A DNA stretch of 64,000 bases, taken from the NCBI GenBank assembly GCA_023231475.1, contig JALJEE010000986.1, forward strand, positions 1-64,000. Direction: 5' to 3'. Position numbers and translations under genes: made by a program. Source of the stretch: Seison nebaliae. Taxonomy: Eukaryota. Shown piece by piece: positions 1-17,000 of this stretch. Each line of letters starts with the position of its first letter. The first letter of the stretch is position 1. The notes under the pieces are model-generated. The model did not search any database and had not been told where the DNA came from. It was given only the letters and a program-made list of their open reading frames with translations.

Positions 1-286
1 TTTGACATTTTGTTTTTGTTGTTATTTTTCTACATGTCAATGTCTTCTTTTGATATTTTTCTTAATTTCTTCGTATTGGTAGTATTGTTTGATCTCGTAT
101 GGAATTTGGTTTTCTACCTTGAATGTCTTCATGAATGCTTCCAGATTTTCTTTTCTTATGTTATGGTATGAAAGGATGTATTTTCGGAATAGATATGGCT
201 CGTTTGATCTGCTTCCTAGTTCAGTATAAAGGGATTCATATTCGGAATGTTTTATTGTTTTTATTATTATTAAATAATAATGAATA

Positions 287-1763
287 ATGATATGTATAAA
301 TGAAGAAAAAATTATGAGTTATTATTATAATTTCCAACAATTGAACAAAATGCCAAGTCGCCGGAGCGTTATGTGGAATCATTTTGTTGAAAAAGAAAAC
401 GAAGGAAAAGTCTTTGTGGAATGTAACATTTGTGGTGAAAAGACAAAACGGAGAAATAAATCCACTACGCAAATGAGACGAAATCTTGCACAATATCATA
501 AGGAGATAAGTCTTAATCGAGATGAACAGTAAAATAACGAATGTGAAAGATTGCTGACATTGTTAATCGGGTTAGATTTATGTACTTTTTCACTAGTTGA
601 ACATAAAGCATTTGTCAAATATTCCAAAAAATTGAATCCCGACTTTCAAATACCGTCAAGAAGAAAAATCGTGGATGTTTTGATTCCACAAATGAAAAAT
701 GAATTAGAAAATCACATTTTATCGAAATTGGAGAATAAATTTTTTTCTATTACTGCAGATTGTTGGAGCAGATTTATTAGTTTAACGATAAGAATTGTGA
801 ACAATTTTTGAGATTGAAAAGTTTGGTTTGGCGATGATTCCTTCCGTTGAAGAACATACTGCGGAAAACATTAGAACAACAATATTGAACTATTTACGAA
901 ATAAGAATGTAAATATCGATTTGTTACGAAATGTTTGCAAAGATAGTGCCGCGAATATGATAAGCGCGTTTTCAGGATTCCAACACTTGAAATGCATTCT
1001 TCATTCAACAAATTTAGTTTCAACGGATGTATTGGAAAAGAACACCTTTGTTCGCACGGTGAAGAGTTGGAAAAACCTTGTTCTAGAAGATAAAAAATCG
1101 CCCACAATTTTTCATAAACTGGATGAATTGAAATCGTCTCTCAATATCAGAATTCCACAATTGGAGCTGGACGTTGTTACAAGATGGAACTCCACATATC
1201 TGATGTTGCAATCAATTTTAAAGAATAAAATTTCTTTACCACAATTATATGAAGATTTGCCCGATTTCTCAACATTAAGTTCGTTGTTAAACATTTTCGA
1301 ACCGCTTAATGGTTTTACAGAAAAAATGATGAAAGATAAGAAAGAAATAATTATTCAATATACATATTCCTTAATGAAATGGTATGATAATATAAAGAAG
1401 GAAGTCAGCAATCATATAAGTAACTGCTTTAGTTCTGCGGAGGAATTACGGGATTCAGGAATGGCCACAACGGAAAGATCTTATAGATCTTACATTATGG
1501 CTGTTTCCGATATTTGTAAAGATCTGGAAAAACGGCTCGATTATTATTTAGAAAATAAATTCCTAATAGCCGCAGTATACGTTAATCCTTCGTTCCGACC
1601 ACGGGAATTGACAAAAATGAACAAGAATTTGGTCGAAGATAAATTGACGTCAATATTGAGTAACGTTTGCGAATCTTTCAAAATTGAAACAATAGTTTAT
1701 ATTATAGTTATATATATCACAATTATGTTCGAGAACAGTCCATTTTTGTTCGTGTTCGTGTGA
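287..1763 (+). mobile_element. Decayed hAT-superfamily (BED-finger) transposase, copy 1
   Basis: Broken ORFs 287-532, 551-811 and 828-1763 carry a BED-like finger (VMWNHF...CNIC...STTQMRRNL), FSITADCWS, DSAANM, CILH and LDVVTRWNSTYLML. The ORFs are separated by in-frame stop codons. Confidence 0.85.
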
Positions 1764-1772
1764 ACAGCACTA
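1747..1772 (-). repeat. Probable hAT element terminus (TAGTGCTG plus GTTCGT subterminal repeats)
   Basis: The + strand reads tgttcgtgttcgtgtgaaCAGCACTA. The reverse complement starts TAGTGCTG, a hAT-like end, exactly at the junction between the two transposase copies. Confidence 0.45.
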
Positions 1773-2665
1773 GTTCCATCCAGGAGGAAAATAGTCGATG
1801 TTTGGATACTTAAGTTTAGAGAGGAATTGGAACAGCATCTTTTAGAGAGATTGATGAATAAATTCTTCTCCATAACTTCTGATTGTTGGAGTCATGGGAA
1901 AGATCGGTTTATCAGTGTTACGGTCAGGTTCGTTGAAAATTTCAAAATTGTCAAATTTTGTTTAATAATGATACCATTCAACATTGAACATTCTTCAACA
2001 AATATCCGCAAAATAATTCTGGAATATCTGGCAAGCAAACAAGTAAATCTTGATTATTTGATGAACGTATGCACTGATGGGGCGGCTAATATGGTTAGAG
2101 CGTTCTCCAATTTCCGCCATACAAAACGCATTTTGCATGCTGCCAATTTATCCGAAGATCGATTAAAAGTTGGAAGGAGATTGTTGTCAAAGTAAGGAAA
2201 TCACCAATAATTTCCAATGAATTAGATGAATTGAAGAACGATCTCGATGTCGAAGCACCGTTATTGAAATTGGATGTGATCACTAGATGGAATTCAACGT
2301 ATATGATCTTGGAATCCGTGGCGAGAAATAAAATTCCTTTATCTGAATTATACCATTCACTTCCTGATTTTACAACATTGGATATTCTGCTCACATTATT
2401 TAAACCATTATATATTTTTTCGCAAAGAATGATGGATGAGAAGGCTCATATGGTCATTCAGGCAACATTTTCAATGACGAATCGATATAATAAACTGAAG
2501 GAAGAAACAGAAAAATTCATTAGTGATTCTTTCACGGAAGATACGGTAGATACCGAAAGCGAAAAATGTTATCGATTTTACCTCGAAGCATTATCGAAAA
2601 TATGTGAACAATTAAAAACGAGATTTATTTTTATGCGATCTCCAATCTTTTTACAACCGTATTGA
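1773..2665 (+). mobile_element. Decayed hAT transposase, copy 2 (5'-truncated, diverged from copy 1)
   Basis: Begins at the PSRRKIVDV-equivalent sequence. Contains FSITSDCWS, TDGAANM and LDVITRWNSTYMIL across frameshifted ORFs 1827-2195 and 2231-2665. Confidence 0.85.
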
Positions 2666-2690
2666 TTATAGCGATATACGATGATTCTTA

Positions 2691-3355
2691 GTGGTGCCAG
2701 TTCCCAAGAATCAGAAAAAAATGAAAATAACGTCGAATTCTTCGTTTGTCGACAACATTCGTCGTAAATTCATAAGAAGCTTCTACTTCTTTCATCATAG
2801 ATGTAAATATCTCCATCTCAAATTGAAGATAAAATTGTTCTTTACCTTCTGTTGCGGTTTCTATGACCTCCAAGCAGCCCTTGGTTTTTCCAATAAATCC
2901 ATAGACTCTTTAGACAAAGCATATAATCGGTGCATTCGAATCTTACTCGGTCGTCCTAGACCTTTTTGCAGAGCTCTGATGTTTTCCATTGTAGAACTAC
3001 CTCCCTTTCCGGTAGTTCTGCTTGAGAGGTATCTCTCGTTGTCGGAAAACATTTTGACATCACCGTTTCCGTTTCCGGAATTTCTACAATGTGAACAATT
3101 TAATTCTCCACTCGATTATTTTTGTTCTTATTATCAAATTACATATCCTTCATCCTTATCTGATGCCAGAAATATGTTTATTCGTTTCAAAGTAGATGAG
3201 TATGTACCGAGTGCTCTCCTATCTCACATTCCACTTGGCCGTCGGCTCATTCGCAATAATAATTTTTCCGGTCTCATCAATTTTTTTGCGAATTTAATTT
3301 CTATTTCTTAATTACCAAAAAATTTGGATTGTATTCTTAATAAATAATAAAATAA
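2691..3355 (+). mobile_element. 5'-truncated non-LTR retrotransposon 3' fragment (region downstream of RT)
   Basis: ORF 2691-3311 has LKIKLFFTFCCGFY...LDKAYNRCIRILLG, resembling the C-terminal part of LINE ORF2 proteins. An A-rich (taa)n-like tail follows at about 3337-3355. Confidence 0.6.
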
Positions 3356-4007
3356 TTTATATCGTTTTCCTTATTCGTTTTCCTTATTGAACCATTAACT
3401 AAATTAATAAAATATATTGTTATTTAACATTTTTTTACGAAAAACATAATTCAAATAACCGAGGAATTTTATGTGATGAAAGTAGATCAAAATTATTTTG
3501 CTTACCACAAGATCTAACCTTACAGTTCCACATCATATTAGGCACTCAACAAAACATTCATGTTTGAAATAACCTATACCAAACAACTACCACTTCTTCT
3601 GGTGGGACGACAGATTGTCCTGAAGGAAGTAATAGTATTTCAGATATTTAATTTAAAATCAGGTAAAATCTGTCAGAAAACATGTCAACGGAAAAGTTCA
3701 ACGATTATGTTTCTTTTTTATTTAACCGTTTCTTTCGGAAACCATAGGTGGTGTTTGTTACGAAAAATATTCTAGTAATTTGAATAAATAAATCTCCTAA
3801 AACTATTTTCATCAAATGAAAAATAAATTTAATTGAAAAGACGTAAATAATTAATAAGAATTAGATAAATAAAATAGGAAATAATATAAAAAATGTAGAA
3901 AATTCTCATATCAAATTTCATAGGAAATCGTCAGAAATAAATACATGAAATGGCAAAATTATGGGTTTTTTTTCATTCACTTGGTTTTCAAAATTTCACC
4001 AATATGT

Positions 4008-4876
4008 TTATTTATTAAATTTCATTAATCTTTGTTTTCTTCGATTTTGGACGCTCGTTAATATCTGAAGAAAAAGTTTTGATATTTTTATAATAGTTTA
4101 CTCAACTATACTAACAAGTTTACATTGCGAGATAACTGTCGGTTGTTTGTTGATTAAGAGTGAACCATTTTGAAAAGAAACGTTTGGAGATTGACTAATT
4201 TTGGAATGAAAAGAAGTTTGGAATATATTTAAAAAACTAACCTGATTTGAAATAATGTTCTGTTCGTTTCTAAGAGTAGATGAGGCTTGACGTTGTCTTC
4301 GTATAAATCCATTTTACAAATTGGACACTTCAATTTGATTGCAGGTGTCAATCTGTGCAGACTAAGATTTTCTTTTGGTGGAGGTGATACATTGTCACTG
4401 CACAAATTACGAATAGAGAAACAATTCGAGTCAGTTGTTTTCATTCGATTCTCATTTTTTACTTGGTTGTTCGATGTGAATCGCTGTAAAATTTCTAGAA
4501 ATTGGTTAGTCGATTTGGAATGAGCCACATTTATGTTAGTTGGAATGTGGTCAACATTTTGAGACATTGACATGACGTTTGGTGGTATTGGCGGTGTAGG
4601 GAGAATTGTTGATTTATTGGAATTAGATAGGAATGGCGAGGTCTTTGAAAGTTTATTAAATAATAATCGTAGAGACTCAGAAGGTTGATGATTGGTGGAT
4701 TCAAAAGATGATTCGGAGAATTTGCATCGTTTCTCTATTGTCGGAGAACCATCAACATCGATGCAATCATCAGATGGTTCAGAGAAATAAGTAGAATCGT
4801 AACATTCTTCGTCTTTATGATCTGACGGTTCGTAACATCGTTTTCTAGGGATATTTCTCATCATGTTCTCTGTCAT
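4008..4876 (-). CDS. RNF220-like protein (zinc/middle-domain region only; no RING seen); 3 coding exons
   Basis: ORF 4229-4903 continues over two GTTAGT...AG introns to TAA at 4008. KCPICKMDL...KPHLLLE...ILTSVQNRRKQRL resembles the RNF220 middle domain (CPIC...HME.E...RVRANRQTRL). The start codon is uncertain. Confidence 0.5.
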
Positions 4877-7800
4877 GTTCTCAACACTAATTTCAACGAT
4901 CAATTATTGATGAATGAATCAAATGGGAATAATATCTAATGAGAAAAGTAATGATGGTTTTATATGGGAAGAAAGGAAGGTAATAATCGAAATTCGTGGA
5001 ACTGATTGGAAGAGAAAACAATCGAAACAATTTGAGAGGGAATTATTGTTCGATCACATAGACATGTTTGAGAATGATAAAAGAAACTTCCAATTATTTT
5101 CCGGTAAAGTGTCAAAGAAATTGGAGTGAACTATTCTTTGAAATGAAGGAAAACGATGTCTGACATATTACGATTAATTGGAATAAATAAACCGATTGGA
5201 ATCTATTAAAAGAAACGTCCAATCAATAAGAATATTCGATGAAATGTAAAAGTAGAAATGAATTACCCAAAACACCGCCCCTGATGAGAGGAGAGAGAAA
5301 TAAAACAGTTTGATCAATTAAGAAAAGACAATTCTTATCGACAAAGAAGAAACGATAGACAATTTTATCGAAAACGACACAAAAAGTCGACAATAAAAGA
5401 GATCAATTTGTTAAAGACAAAGTTGACGATTGAAATCAAAAGGAAAAAGAGAGATGAATATAATATCGTCTATTGATTGGTGATTGATGATTATTTTTAA
5501 TGATAGTTTAATAACAAACGATTGTGACAAACACGTCGATTGAAATTGATAAAAGTTATAAATGTGCATCAATAATATTTAAGGGGAACATTGACAATCA
5601 TCAAAATTATTAGTCAACGTCATTTACTTTTCTTTTGCCGAATCAAATTCAAACATTTATTGCCGATAAAACATCATCATTATCATCATCAATTGGATGA
5701 TGAAGGAAATGAATGTTTGTAGGAAATGATATCGTTCCACCCAGAAAATCTAGAGATATTTGTGCACAAGACATTATCGAATTGAATAGAAAATATTTTC
5801 ATTGTTGACGTCTTTTAAATACATTTCAATTCACTGAAGAATAGACGTGCGAGAATTAGTTGTTTAACGAATAAATGCGAAATTGATGTCTCACCTTATA
5901 TTCTCATTCGAATGTTAATTTTAACGAATTCCATTTTGACCTCTCCTCATTCTTCAATCCTCCTTCTTTTCATTACATCTCATCACAACTACTGAGCATG
6001 GAATATTGGAAGACGTGTGGCGAGAAAATAGGAATTGTTTTTCGAAAAAATAAACAAAAAGATATGTGAGGAAGAGCAATTGATAAAATTTATGTTGATC
6101 AACTATCTACTGAGTAAACATGAAATTTGAACAATTCTATCTCAATTCCATGTAAGTGTCAATTGGAAAAATTATATAATTTATCGGAGATTGATGAGAA
6201 CACATGAGGAAAATTCGATTAGCAAACGAACGTTGAATTTCATAAAAAAGTTAAGAAGAGGATTCTTCCTCTTTTACGAAACGGATATTCAGCCACCATT
6301 CAACTCTTAACGAAGAATTGAAAATAAGTGCAAATTATTCAAAGACTCAACGATCTTAAGCAAATGATATTCCTTCGACGTTCAACGAAAACGATTTATT
6401 TATCAGTTGAACTCTTTCCAATTCGACCAATTGATAATCAATTAGCAATTAACATTAACAATAGCAACAACATTAACAACCTCATAGTCATTATCAAAGA
6501 TCAGTTAACTTATTGTATTGTGTCGACTTGAGAAATGTGTTGAGAGTAGATCTAAGAATTCTTATTCATAAACATCTCAAAAGAGATTAGTAGATCCTTA
6601 TGCCTTACCCTCCACCATTAAATACCTCATTCACATCATACATAACCCATTTGCGGACGTTAATATATTTAGTAATGGAAATTCGAATTGTCGGTATATC
6701 TGGAATGCATCTGCTATTCGGTTTGCATTTTCAAACGATTATCAATTTCAGAAGAACATTCTCCTTCTTCTTTCCAATTGTTTATTAGATAAATCTTAAT
6801 CGGTTGTCATTGAAAGATCAGATATATATTAATTATTTATAATAAATATTTCACAAATTATTTGTTGAAAATTCAACTTGGTTTCCACTTTACTTACCAA
6901 TCAATATTTTTTAGTTAATTTTGACCGAACTTATAACAAAAAAAAATTTACATTGAATAACACCTCTTAACGAATATAAATAAGATTCTTCATTTAAATT
7001 ATGTAACCCATCTGATTTTAGTCCATTTGAAAGAAAGTTGCTTTTAATTGAAAAAACTATTTGAATAAAAACAACTATGTTATTTTAAGATCATTCTCCC
7101 ACTTTTTATTAAATAACCAATCAATATATTGTTTTCCTTCATAATAACATTATTTTTCCTCCTTGTCTTTATATGAATTCTTCGTATTCGTTAAATAATC
7201 ATAAACTAAAATTGTAACTTGTATATATATTACAGGAAAACTCTTCCAAACAATGAATGTCAAAAAGTTTATTAGATTTATAATCGAACATTTCAAAACT
7301 GATTAGTTACTTGATTAATTCATCAGAAGATTGACCAATTATCCATTTTTTCACTAGGTAAAAAGATTTGTTAGTAAATATTTCAAAAGTCATATAATTT
7401 GAGTCACTTAAAAATATAATGTCCGTTTCGGAATGATTGAAATTGTTTGAAATTAATTAATGGTGATATTTTTTTCGAAAAACTCCGAAATTTAGTGAAT
7501 TCTTCTTCGAAAATCTTAAATTAGTCGAATTTCTCTGTTGAATGAGAATGAATAATCTAAAAAGGAAATGAATTCTGTACTGATATTTAAATGAGTTCCT
7601 CTCACAAATATATAAGTTATGTCAGACATTCTTTATCTATGGGACGGTTTGGCTTACAAAGTTATTTTTTGTATTATCATTTTGTTAGTCATTTAGTAGG
7701 ACTTCATTTTCCTCATGATTAATAGTTCAGTTTTTGGAGTGGAGAGACATTGCTTAAATTTATTCGGTAATTAAATATTTACAAATAAACTTCTAGGTAT

Positions 7801-8596
7801 ATTGTTAGAGATGAATAATAAAAGTTTAATTTATGAATCATACTAATTTGTATCGAAAGAGTAGAAAGATTTATGTGGATTGGTGGAAAAGTAAATTATA
7901 GAAATCATTCAATTAAATGAGTGAAAGTTTCATTTTGCTTGCTGGATTAAGGACACAATTGAGAAGGAAGGAAGAGGCTCGACATTTGAATTGAAATATA
8001 TATCGTTTGAATCAAAGCGGATGAGGAAGGAGAAAAGTGTTATTATAAAACGAAGTGTGTGTTTTCTTTTATTTTTTGATATAGCCGATATAACATAACA
8101 TTGATTAATAGTTACAAACATTCAACTTATTAATTTTGTCGTAAGTTTATTCGAATAAGAAGAAGTTGAAAAAGTTGTCTTCTCATTTTGCTGCGAGTTG
8201 AAAATACGATGATTTTATTTCGTAGAAAATATTGTTTTTAATTTCGAATTGAATCAATTAAATGTTGAATGAAACGTATATAATTATGAATTTTTATATG
8301 TTACGAAATATTCGTAATGTCTATTTGAAATGTCATTTGAAGTGGAAGTCAAGTTCTTCAAATAAATTCGGTAAGTTTTTCATCTGATCATCAAATGTCA
8401 AAATTTAAAAAATTTAAATAAAATACACTCTTCTCTTCTTGTTACGGTTCAAGTTGAATTGTTTGTCGAGATTCTTTTCAGAATTTTTAGAAAGAAAATA
8501 AAAAAATTTGAAAAAAAATTCACAGTTGTTAATAAAACTTGAAGACGAATAGAAATCGAGAAAGAAGAGAAGGGGAAAGGATTCTGCCTGAAAGGA

Positions 8597-10799
<2,203 letters not shown>

Positions 10800-11336
10800 A
10801 GTGAAATAATCATATGTAAATGATATTACCTTTTCAAATTTTTCTCATTTTTATCATTCCTCTTCATTCCTCTTCATTCGTTCCGATTTCTATTGGTGGT
10901 AATTTATCTCAGAATCAAAATAATTTTCAATCGATCCATAAATTTGATTTTGGAGAATTGTTGTTCACCATTTCTTTTCCCAGTAAAATTTATCAATTGT
11001 TTTCCTTTATTTTTTTAAACGAATAATCATCATCATCATCATTATTATATTAACAGTTTATTTAGTTTTTTCAACACTTTCCCCACTCCCAAATGTTCCT
11101 CGATATTTTGAAATTATTGTTTTTTTTTCAACTAAATTTGGATAATATTTGGAACTTTTATTAGATACAAAAATATATGTGAAATAATTAGATGGAATTA
11201 GAGATTGCCCTTCAATTCATCCGAACCAATTTTATTTCTTATCAACAATTCATTTGAATTTGTTTGTTGTGAGGAATGTGTATTTATTTACAAAACCATT
11301 TGCATTGAAATGTAATAAATTTCTTAATGTCATTCT

Positions 11337-13908
11337 CTATCTCGTTGTTTGATTGCCAGTTAGTTTTGTTCGTCGATTATTATTCGATTCAACCGATGTT
11401 CGTTTCTTTAATAACTGAAATATGAAATTGAAAAAAACAAATGAAATTGAATATTATTTAACGTCTTCGATATAACTACGGAGAACGAGATGTCTTTCAT
11501 TTGGTGGATTAGTGGAATCATGAGAATCGATAGATAACGATTGTTTTGGTTGTTGAACTTCATTCTCTTTACCCAATTCGCTCTTGTCGATGAGAGTAGC
11601 ATCTCTCATTTTCAATTCCACATTCTCCAACGACGATATGAAATTGCCACAAATCTCATCAAACGCTTTTCCGTTCACTAAAAATGAATGAATAAGAGAA
11701 ATGATTTGATGATGGGAAAAGAAATTCCTAACAAATATCATTGAGATGTGGCTTATCTAACAATTGATTATCATTGTGATCAAGAATTGGTTGGTTCGAT
11801 TGAGAGAAATGAGTCAGTGGAAATTTGGAAGGTGGTCGATTGATTATGACTTTCGAATCAATCGATTCCATTCCATTCGATAATTCATCAACATTCATAT
11901 TATTCAACTGATTTTGCACATTCGATAACAGTTGTTGTTTATTCAAATTTTGTTGTTGTTGTTGTTGTTGTTGCTGTGGTTGTTGTTGTTGTTGTTGTTG
12001 TTGAAGTGATAAATATGGAATCATATTAATGTCATGAAGATTATCGTGAGTGAATTGATTGATTGTTGATTTCATTTGATTCTCTAATAAATGTTTAAAT
12101 TTCTTTAACAATTCTTTCTTCTCCAATGACACTCGATTATCTACCTCTGTTTCAACATTTTCAGATCGTTTTTGAATTGTATCTAACATCTCCTTCAATT
12201 TCCCGTCATATGATTGTTGAAGTCGTTCCATTTGTTGAACACTTTCCTCTCTCATTCGTTTTAATTGTTCACTTTTTGCTCGTTGCATTTCATTCATCTG
12301 ATTTGTCAATCGTTTCTGATATTTCATATTTTCATTCTCTATTTGTTTTCTTTGTTCCTCTTGAAATTTTGTCGCTTGATCTGCATTGATCATGAGCGCT
12401 TCTCTTAACTTATTCTGAAGTGTCTGGATCTCATGATGAAGTGAGGACTCTTCGTCTTTTAGTCGTTTCAATATTATCTGCTCTTTCTCCAACTTCATTT
12501 CCGTCAATTCCAATTCCTTCTCGAATTGACATCGTTCTTTCTTCTCATTCATCTCTACATTCTTCAATTTCGATTGTGTCTCAATTAACAATTTATCTTT
12601 CTCTTGAAACTTCTTTTTTTCCTCATTCAGTTTCATCTCCGTTTCCTTCAATTGATCGGTCAGATTTCTCAATTTCTCATTTCCCAATCTTAGTTTCTTC
12701 TTCTCGTCTGTCAAAAGTTTCTCAGAAAATTTCCTCTCTTTCTCTCCTTCCATCTTCACCATTTTCATTTCTTCATTCAATTCTTTATTGGACGTTTGTT
12801 TTTCTTTCAATTTATTTTCCGTCGATTGGAATTGTACCAGTAATTGTTTATTCTCCAAATGCATCTGCTCCACTTGCTCTCTCAATGACAAATTTTCCGA
12901 TTCGTGTTGTGCCGATTGTTCCATAATTATTTTCATTTCCTTTTGACATGAATCGATCAAATTCTTCATAATTTTATCGACATTCTTCAACAATTCATCT
13001 TTCTGCAACGAAAATGTTTTCGTTACACATAAATTCGATTCCAATTGTCGTACTTGATTCGTCAAATATTCATTCTTTCTACCTAAATGAATTCGTCGAA
13101 CTTTCTCAAATGATAATTCTTCTTTCATCAATCGATATTGTTCTCCCAATATCTCATTGCTCATTGTCGTTGTTATTATCGCTCCATTATTCGATGTTGT
13201 TGTTGTTGTTGATGATGATAATGAAGAAATCGTTGCCATATTGTTGTTATTATTATTGTTGTTGTTGTTGTTATAAATGACATTATGACTACGTTCGATA
13301 GGGAAATAGAGAGTTGTATCAATTTGAGATTCATTAGCAATTTCTTTCAATTCTTCTTCGTCTTCTTTATCAATTTCAATTTTACTGAAAATACTTGAAA
13401 ATTTTTGATATTTTTCTAAAGAGTTTTCTCCATTTTTATAAATATCATCAAACACTTTTGCCGTTTCCATTGACGATGGAATTGTCGCTTTCTTATTGAC
13501 CAACAAATTCTTCGTCGCCCTTGGAGAGATCAATTCATCAATTCTTTTCTCAATCACATTCTGAGAATCGATCACCAAATTCTCCTTCTTCTCCTCGTTC
13601 AATTCCTGATATTTCTCAAATCTTCTACTCATCCCTTTACCATTCTCGATACAATCACTCGTCAATGGAAATTTATGACTAATTTTCAAATTATTCAATA
13701 CCATTCCATCATCATACTCACCATTTTCTTTCTCTTCATTTATTCTCTCTAAATTTCCTTCTCCAACTTTCTTTCCGAAGAATGAATCATTTCCATTCGT
13801 CACTGTCGTCAAATCCATCACCGTATTATCATACGTATCAACACTATCGCGTGTCGTCTGATAATTCGTCTTTTCATCTAATTCACTTAACAGATTCCTC
13901 GTTTCCAT
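11337..13908 (-). CDS. CNTROB: Centrobin-like centriolar coiled-coil protein; 3 exons
   Basis: A 726-aa coiled-coil ORF plus two GTT-AG introns. EKVRRIHLGRKNEYLTNQVRQLESNLCV...QKDELLKNVDK matches my recollection of the centrobin ER.RR.H.E...KKD.MIEQLDK block. A C-terminal LRSYIEDLL motif is also present. Confidence 0.6.
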
Positions 13909-14083
13909 GGTGAGAAATCAGAAACTTTTAATAAATTAATCAAAATTTTATTTTTTGATTAAAGCTTAAAATTTTAAAATAGTGCAAAAAATATTTTGAT
14001 CTTATATAATTTTTTAAAAAAATTTATATTTCTCTTTCGGTTCATCAAACTGTCACCTACGAACTGAACTCAATTCTTTCTAT

Positions 14084-17000
14084 TTAATTTATTACAATGG
14101 AACTTCGAGGAATGCCGTTACATGCTGGAAAGAAACAGTACAATTACAGAATGAAAAATTAACGAGAACTTGCACAACATTCTTCCCATGGACTGAGATC
14201 GATGTCTTCTAAATTTTCACAGTTTTCATATTCATCGATTGATGTCGTTCGAAATACATCTGGTGGAACTTTCATCATCGTATCGCTAGTTATGCAAATG
14301 ATTTTCTTCAACGAAACTGAATCGATTGTTCGTGTTTGTGATTTGGTGAAGATATTCTCATTTTTATAATAGAATCTGTTAAAATGAATGTCGACATATA
14401 ATTGTGGAAATTGAAATGAATTCAAAACCGATCGCCATCACGTAAAATTCCGAATTGTTTTCGAATGATACAGGAGAAAGTTTCGCCAATTATTCCATTT
14501 GACATGTCATTATTCTCCAACATTCCACCAACCCACAAATCAATATTCTTCACATTTCCATATAAAGATTTCAGTTTTGAAATGATTTCATCATTTTTAA
14601 TAATTTGTTGTAGATCATCGAATGATTCGATAATTGACAATCCGCATTCTTTCCTAATTTTCACATACGTCTCAATAGCATGATCGCGACCTCTCTAACT
14701 GAACGAAAAAAAAAATAAAATAAAAAATTTCATTTCCATCACTTAACTTGAATGTTGAGTGATGCTAAATCTTGTGCTACATTTCTCGTATATTGGAAGA
14801 GATGTTCCGTTAATTCCTGACTCAATACTTTCCCGTACAACTTCTTCTTCATTGGAACATGTAATAAGCCACGTATTAATGGTTCGGGTCCTCCTTCAAA
14901 ATAGAATTTGTCTGGCGCAAAGAAAGCGTCATGTAATTGAATATTTCCGAATTCATATTCATCATAACTCTCATTTAAACGATATACCATTGGATTAATA
15001 TGAGCATGACCGAATCTAAAACATGAAAATCAGAGTTGTTTATTTTGAATTTTAAATTTACTACCGGAATGCAGCTGTCGCAAATTCGTTAAGAATTGTT
15101 GATTGAACTTCCGGATTATATCCGTCAAATTCATTTAAAGCAAATTCTTCTTTTAATAAATTTGGTAACCAGTCACGATAAGTGATTTTCTGCATAACTG
15201 CCCCTATAAATTTCCTAGTTTCCTGATAAACGATTTCGTCGTTCCAATGAGGATTTAATTTTGAAAATTTCTCCACTAAATAATTATGGAATCGAATGAA
15301 TATCGAATGAATTGCGAGAAGATTTAATTGTTCATTCGCCCGTAAATCGCCACAAAGGAAACATCCCATACTATTATCAAAACGAGTTTGACAATCCATT
15401 GGAGACGATTGTTTGTATGGAGGAAGTCCTGATGGGAATTTAGATACTTTTAACACTTTTAATTTAGCTGTTGCTTTCCCATCAACAACTTCTCGTAAAT
15501 CGAAATTATCTCGATCATGTGAAGAATAAACATTTGATGCATCGATATAAGACGTAACATGATTCATCTGTTCCCGATACATCGGTTGTCGCCAAATGAT
15601 GGAATTAACACCGGAAGTACAAATGGAAGACGATCTTAAAAATTCAATACAATCTCCTTCATTCAATCGACTGTCATTGTTAGCAGCGTGAATTGGAAAA
15701 CAAGGTGGTTCATTCGAACATGAATCACGACATTTTATTCCATCACTAAATCGATGTCTGGTCAAAGTGATGACGGTGAATGTGATGTCATGATCAAGAA
15801 ATTGTCCCCATTGAATGAACATTTGTGAATAGAGAGAATGAAAATTATTCATTTCATCCTTGGTAAAAAATAATTTTTGAGATATTTCACGTACATTCGG
15901 TAACGTAAAATTATCGAAATATTTCCGGTCTTTATTCCAACCAACAGGCGAACTAATTCCATTTTCATATCTAGGTGGTAACATTCGTCCCAATGCAGTG
16001 AACGCCGCACCAATCAATCCCTGTTCCACATTATTACAACTACCGTCAATTGTTCGATATTTTTGATGGAAACAAGAATATTCGGAACAATTCACTTCTC
16101 GTATATGTCGCTCACAACCAGATAATCTGGCCAGATATCGAACTTCATCAATTGACAAAACATTTTCACGATAATCGAATTGAGAAGTTAAATTGTTATC
16201 AAAATTTAATCGATGAATATTTCTGTGAATAAATTCCAAAGCATTTTCAAAAATTTCTTGACGTTGCGCCAATTCTTTCTTATCAACGAAACCATAATCT
16301 CGAATGGTGTCCATGATTCTTGTTCGCTTTTTCTCCGTCGACGACGAATGCATATTTTTCAAAATTTTCTTTTCACTTTCATTCGTTATGTCTCTCATCA
16401 ATTTATCTGATAACATTTCTCGTCGATGTTTCATTCGATCTTTCACTGTCACGTGGAAAATCTCTTTATTTTTTCCATTTTCACAAACGTATTCTTTCTT
16501 ATCATTTCGACTGACATTTAAAAGAATAATTGTGTTCTGATTTAAAATGAAAAAATTAGAATGATCTCCTTCAGATGTCCAACTACATTCGTCGATATAT
16601 CGACTATTCAGTTGGACGTTGTCACCTTCCTTCACTTCCAACGAATGATTCCAAATTTGTTCGTTGGAACATCCGTTCGGATCGAATTGATTTAAAGGAA
16701 AAATAATCCCACACTTAATTTCACTATTACTGTTCTGGTTAATTTTCGGAAGAAATTTTACCAATTCTTCACAACTCTCACAAGAAATTGAACATTTTGT
16801 TTGTTTCAATGATCTGTTTTGGATGAGTGGATGAGAATTGGAGAAACTTCAACTAAAAACTAACAACGATATCAATGATGGGAATTTTTGGAAGAATTGA
16901 TTAAAATGAAAATTGTCACAATTTTCGATTTGTTCCAAAACTCTAAAATGATTTTTCAATTAACGAAAGAGAATGTGGGAAAAGAATGAACAAATATCTG

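Noticed and set aside
4920..8590. Search for U1/U6 snRNA, tRNA or other RNA genes in the long intergenic stretch
   Set aside because: I saw no convincing snRNA 5' end, Sm site or cloverleaf by eye. TACTTACC at about 6891 is better read as a minus-strand splice donor. A covariance-model search is needed to exclude RNA genes.
12126..13280. Plus-strand ORFs (87, 168, 88 aa) and similar antisense ORFs elsewhere
   Set aside because: They are shadows of real opposite-strand genes with low-complexity codon usage and have no domain signal.
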